NCBI GenBank assembly: GCA_001897305.1
Contig: MKSO01000001.1
Span: forward strand, 300,001 to 332,000
Direction of reading: 5' to 3'
Length of the DNA: 32,000 bases
DNA from: Candidatus Saccharimonadota bacterium
Lineage (GTDB): Bacteria > Patescibacteriota > Saccharimonadia > Saccharimonadales > Saccharimonadaceae
Position numbers and translations under genes: made by a program. Each line of letters opens with the position of its first letter. The stretch's first letter is position 1. Shown piece after piece: positions 31,057 through 32,000 of the stretch. The notes under the pieces are model-generated. The model had not been told where the DNA came from, ran no database searches, and worked only from the letters and a program-made list of their open reading frames with translations.

Positions 31057-32000
31057 CTAGCGTGATGCAATCGCTGCGCTAAGGCGCCGTACGACGGTGT
31101 CTTTACCTAACACGGCAAGTGTATCGTTGAGCGCTGGGCTGAACGGTGCCCATGAAACAGCTAAACGAATGAGACTGAATAAGATGCCAGGCTTTTGCCC
31201 GGTAGTTTCGAGCAAGCCGTTAAGTGTTTCTTGTAGGCTTTCTGGGTCGAATGCCGAAGCCTCAAGGGCTGCCTTGGCGGCTTCAAGAAGTTGGGCGACC
31301 TCTTGATTTTCAAGTTTTGCTAGTTGCTTGTTACTGGTGATCATTTGCCAATCTGGAGCCGGCTCTTCAAAAAAATAACTGGTAAGCACAGGCAGGTCGG
31401 CAAGCGTTTTCAAGCGATCTTGCACAAGCGCAAGGACTTGCTTCTTTGCTGCTTCGTCGGCATTGCGTGCGGACTCCGGCCAAAATGGCGTTACCCGCTG
31501 GTAAAGATCATCCAAGCTAAGCAGACGAATGTGCTGGCCATTAAGCCAAAGCAGACGCTGTTCATCAAAGCGCGCACCACTTCGTTGGACGCGGTCCAAG
31601 CTAAACTTTTCTACTAGTTCTTGAAGCGTGAATACTTCTTGCTCGGTGCCGTCATTCCAGCCCATGCTGGCTAAGAAGTTCAGCATTGCCTCTGGAAGAA
31701 TCCCTTCGTCACGGTATTCAGTGACACTTTTCGCACCATCACGCTTGCCCAGTTTTTTCTTGCCATCGGCCGCTAAAATATGAGGCAAATGCGCAAAAAT
31801 CGGCCATGGCAACTCGAGCGCATCGTAAAGAGATAAATATTTTGGCATTGAAGGTATGTATTCAAGGCCACGAATAACATGGGTAACCTGCATATCGGCG
31901 TCGTCCACAATGTGGGCAAAGTTATAGGTCGGAAGGCCGTCGCTTTTAATAAGAATAAAATCGTCTAATGCTTCGGGCCCGGCCGAAAGATCACCCATGA
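31057..32000 (-). CDS. gltX: Glutamyl-tRNA synthetase, C-terminal ~314 codons (5' end outside the window)
   Basis: The segments DDFILIKSDGLPTYNFAHIVDDADMQVTHVIRGLEY and KLGKRDGA (a KMSKS-type loop) are followed by an anticodon-binding C-terminal domain. The frame is open to the window edge. Confidence 0.9.
   Translation of the reverse strand, partial: MGDLSAGPEALDDFILIKSDGLPTYNFAHIVDDADMQVTHVIRGLEYIPSMPKYLSLYDALELPWPIFAHLPHILAADGKKKLGKRDGAKSVTEYRDEGILPEAMLNFLASMGWNDGTEQEVFTLQELVEKFSLDRVQRSGARFDEQRLLWLNGQHIRLLSLDDLYQRVTPFWPESARNADEAAKKQVLALVQDRLKTLADLPVLTSYFFEEPAPDWQMITSNKQLAKLENQEVAQLLEAAKAALEASAFDPESLQETLNGLLETTGQKPGILFSLIRLAVSWAPFSPALNDTLAVLGKDTVVRRLSAAIASR

Noticed and set aside
1-32000. 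Alternative genetic code (UGA recoding, as in some candidate phyla)
   Set aside because: Long conserved genes (topA, der, the kinases) read through without needing UGA sense codons. At least one well-supported gene (11976..12440) ends at TGA. Standard code 11 fits.

Overview
This looks like a segment of a small bacterial chromosome, roughly 45-53% GC by hand-counted lines. Gene content and protein architectures most resemble Saccharibacteria/CPR-type or other reduced monoderm genomes; that placement is inference only. A minus-strand housekeeping backbone is clear: topA, dprA, pth, der, a pseudouridine synthase, two histidine-kinase/response-regulator pairs, an MMPL transporter, a short-form 6-phosphogluconate dehydrogenase, tRNA-Glu(CUC), a DUF3048 protein and a 5'-truncated gltX. 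dut is on the plus strand. Five things are not ordinary backbone. (1) The first ~3.2 kb is a compact filamentous-phage-like (inovirus-type) module with an HUH rolling-circle Rep, a Zot/pI-like P-loop NTPase, small membrane proteins, a 57-aa coat-like ORF missing from the ORF track, and a GC-rich hairpin cluster upstream of rep. (2) An operon under a perfect consensus promoter encodes an HTH protein, a membrane-anchored FtsK/VirD4-like ATPase and an unknown 435-aa protein; it sits next to a type IV pilin gene. (3) Four GC-elevated single-gene cassettes are wedged between housekeeping genes, each with its own TGnTATAAT promoter and GC-rich hairpin. Two of them share a near-identical promoter and RBS module. 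(4) An orphan ~380-nt transcription unit (consensus promoter to intrinsic terminator) has no credible ORF. (5) A 122-bp palindromic element lies between der and dut. I found no CRISPR array, rRNA gene, transposase or integrase. No family assignment could be verified by search.
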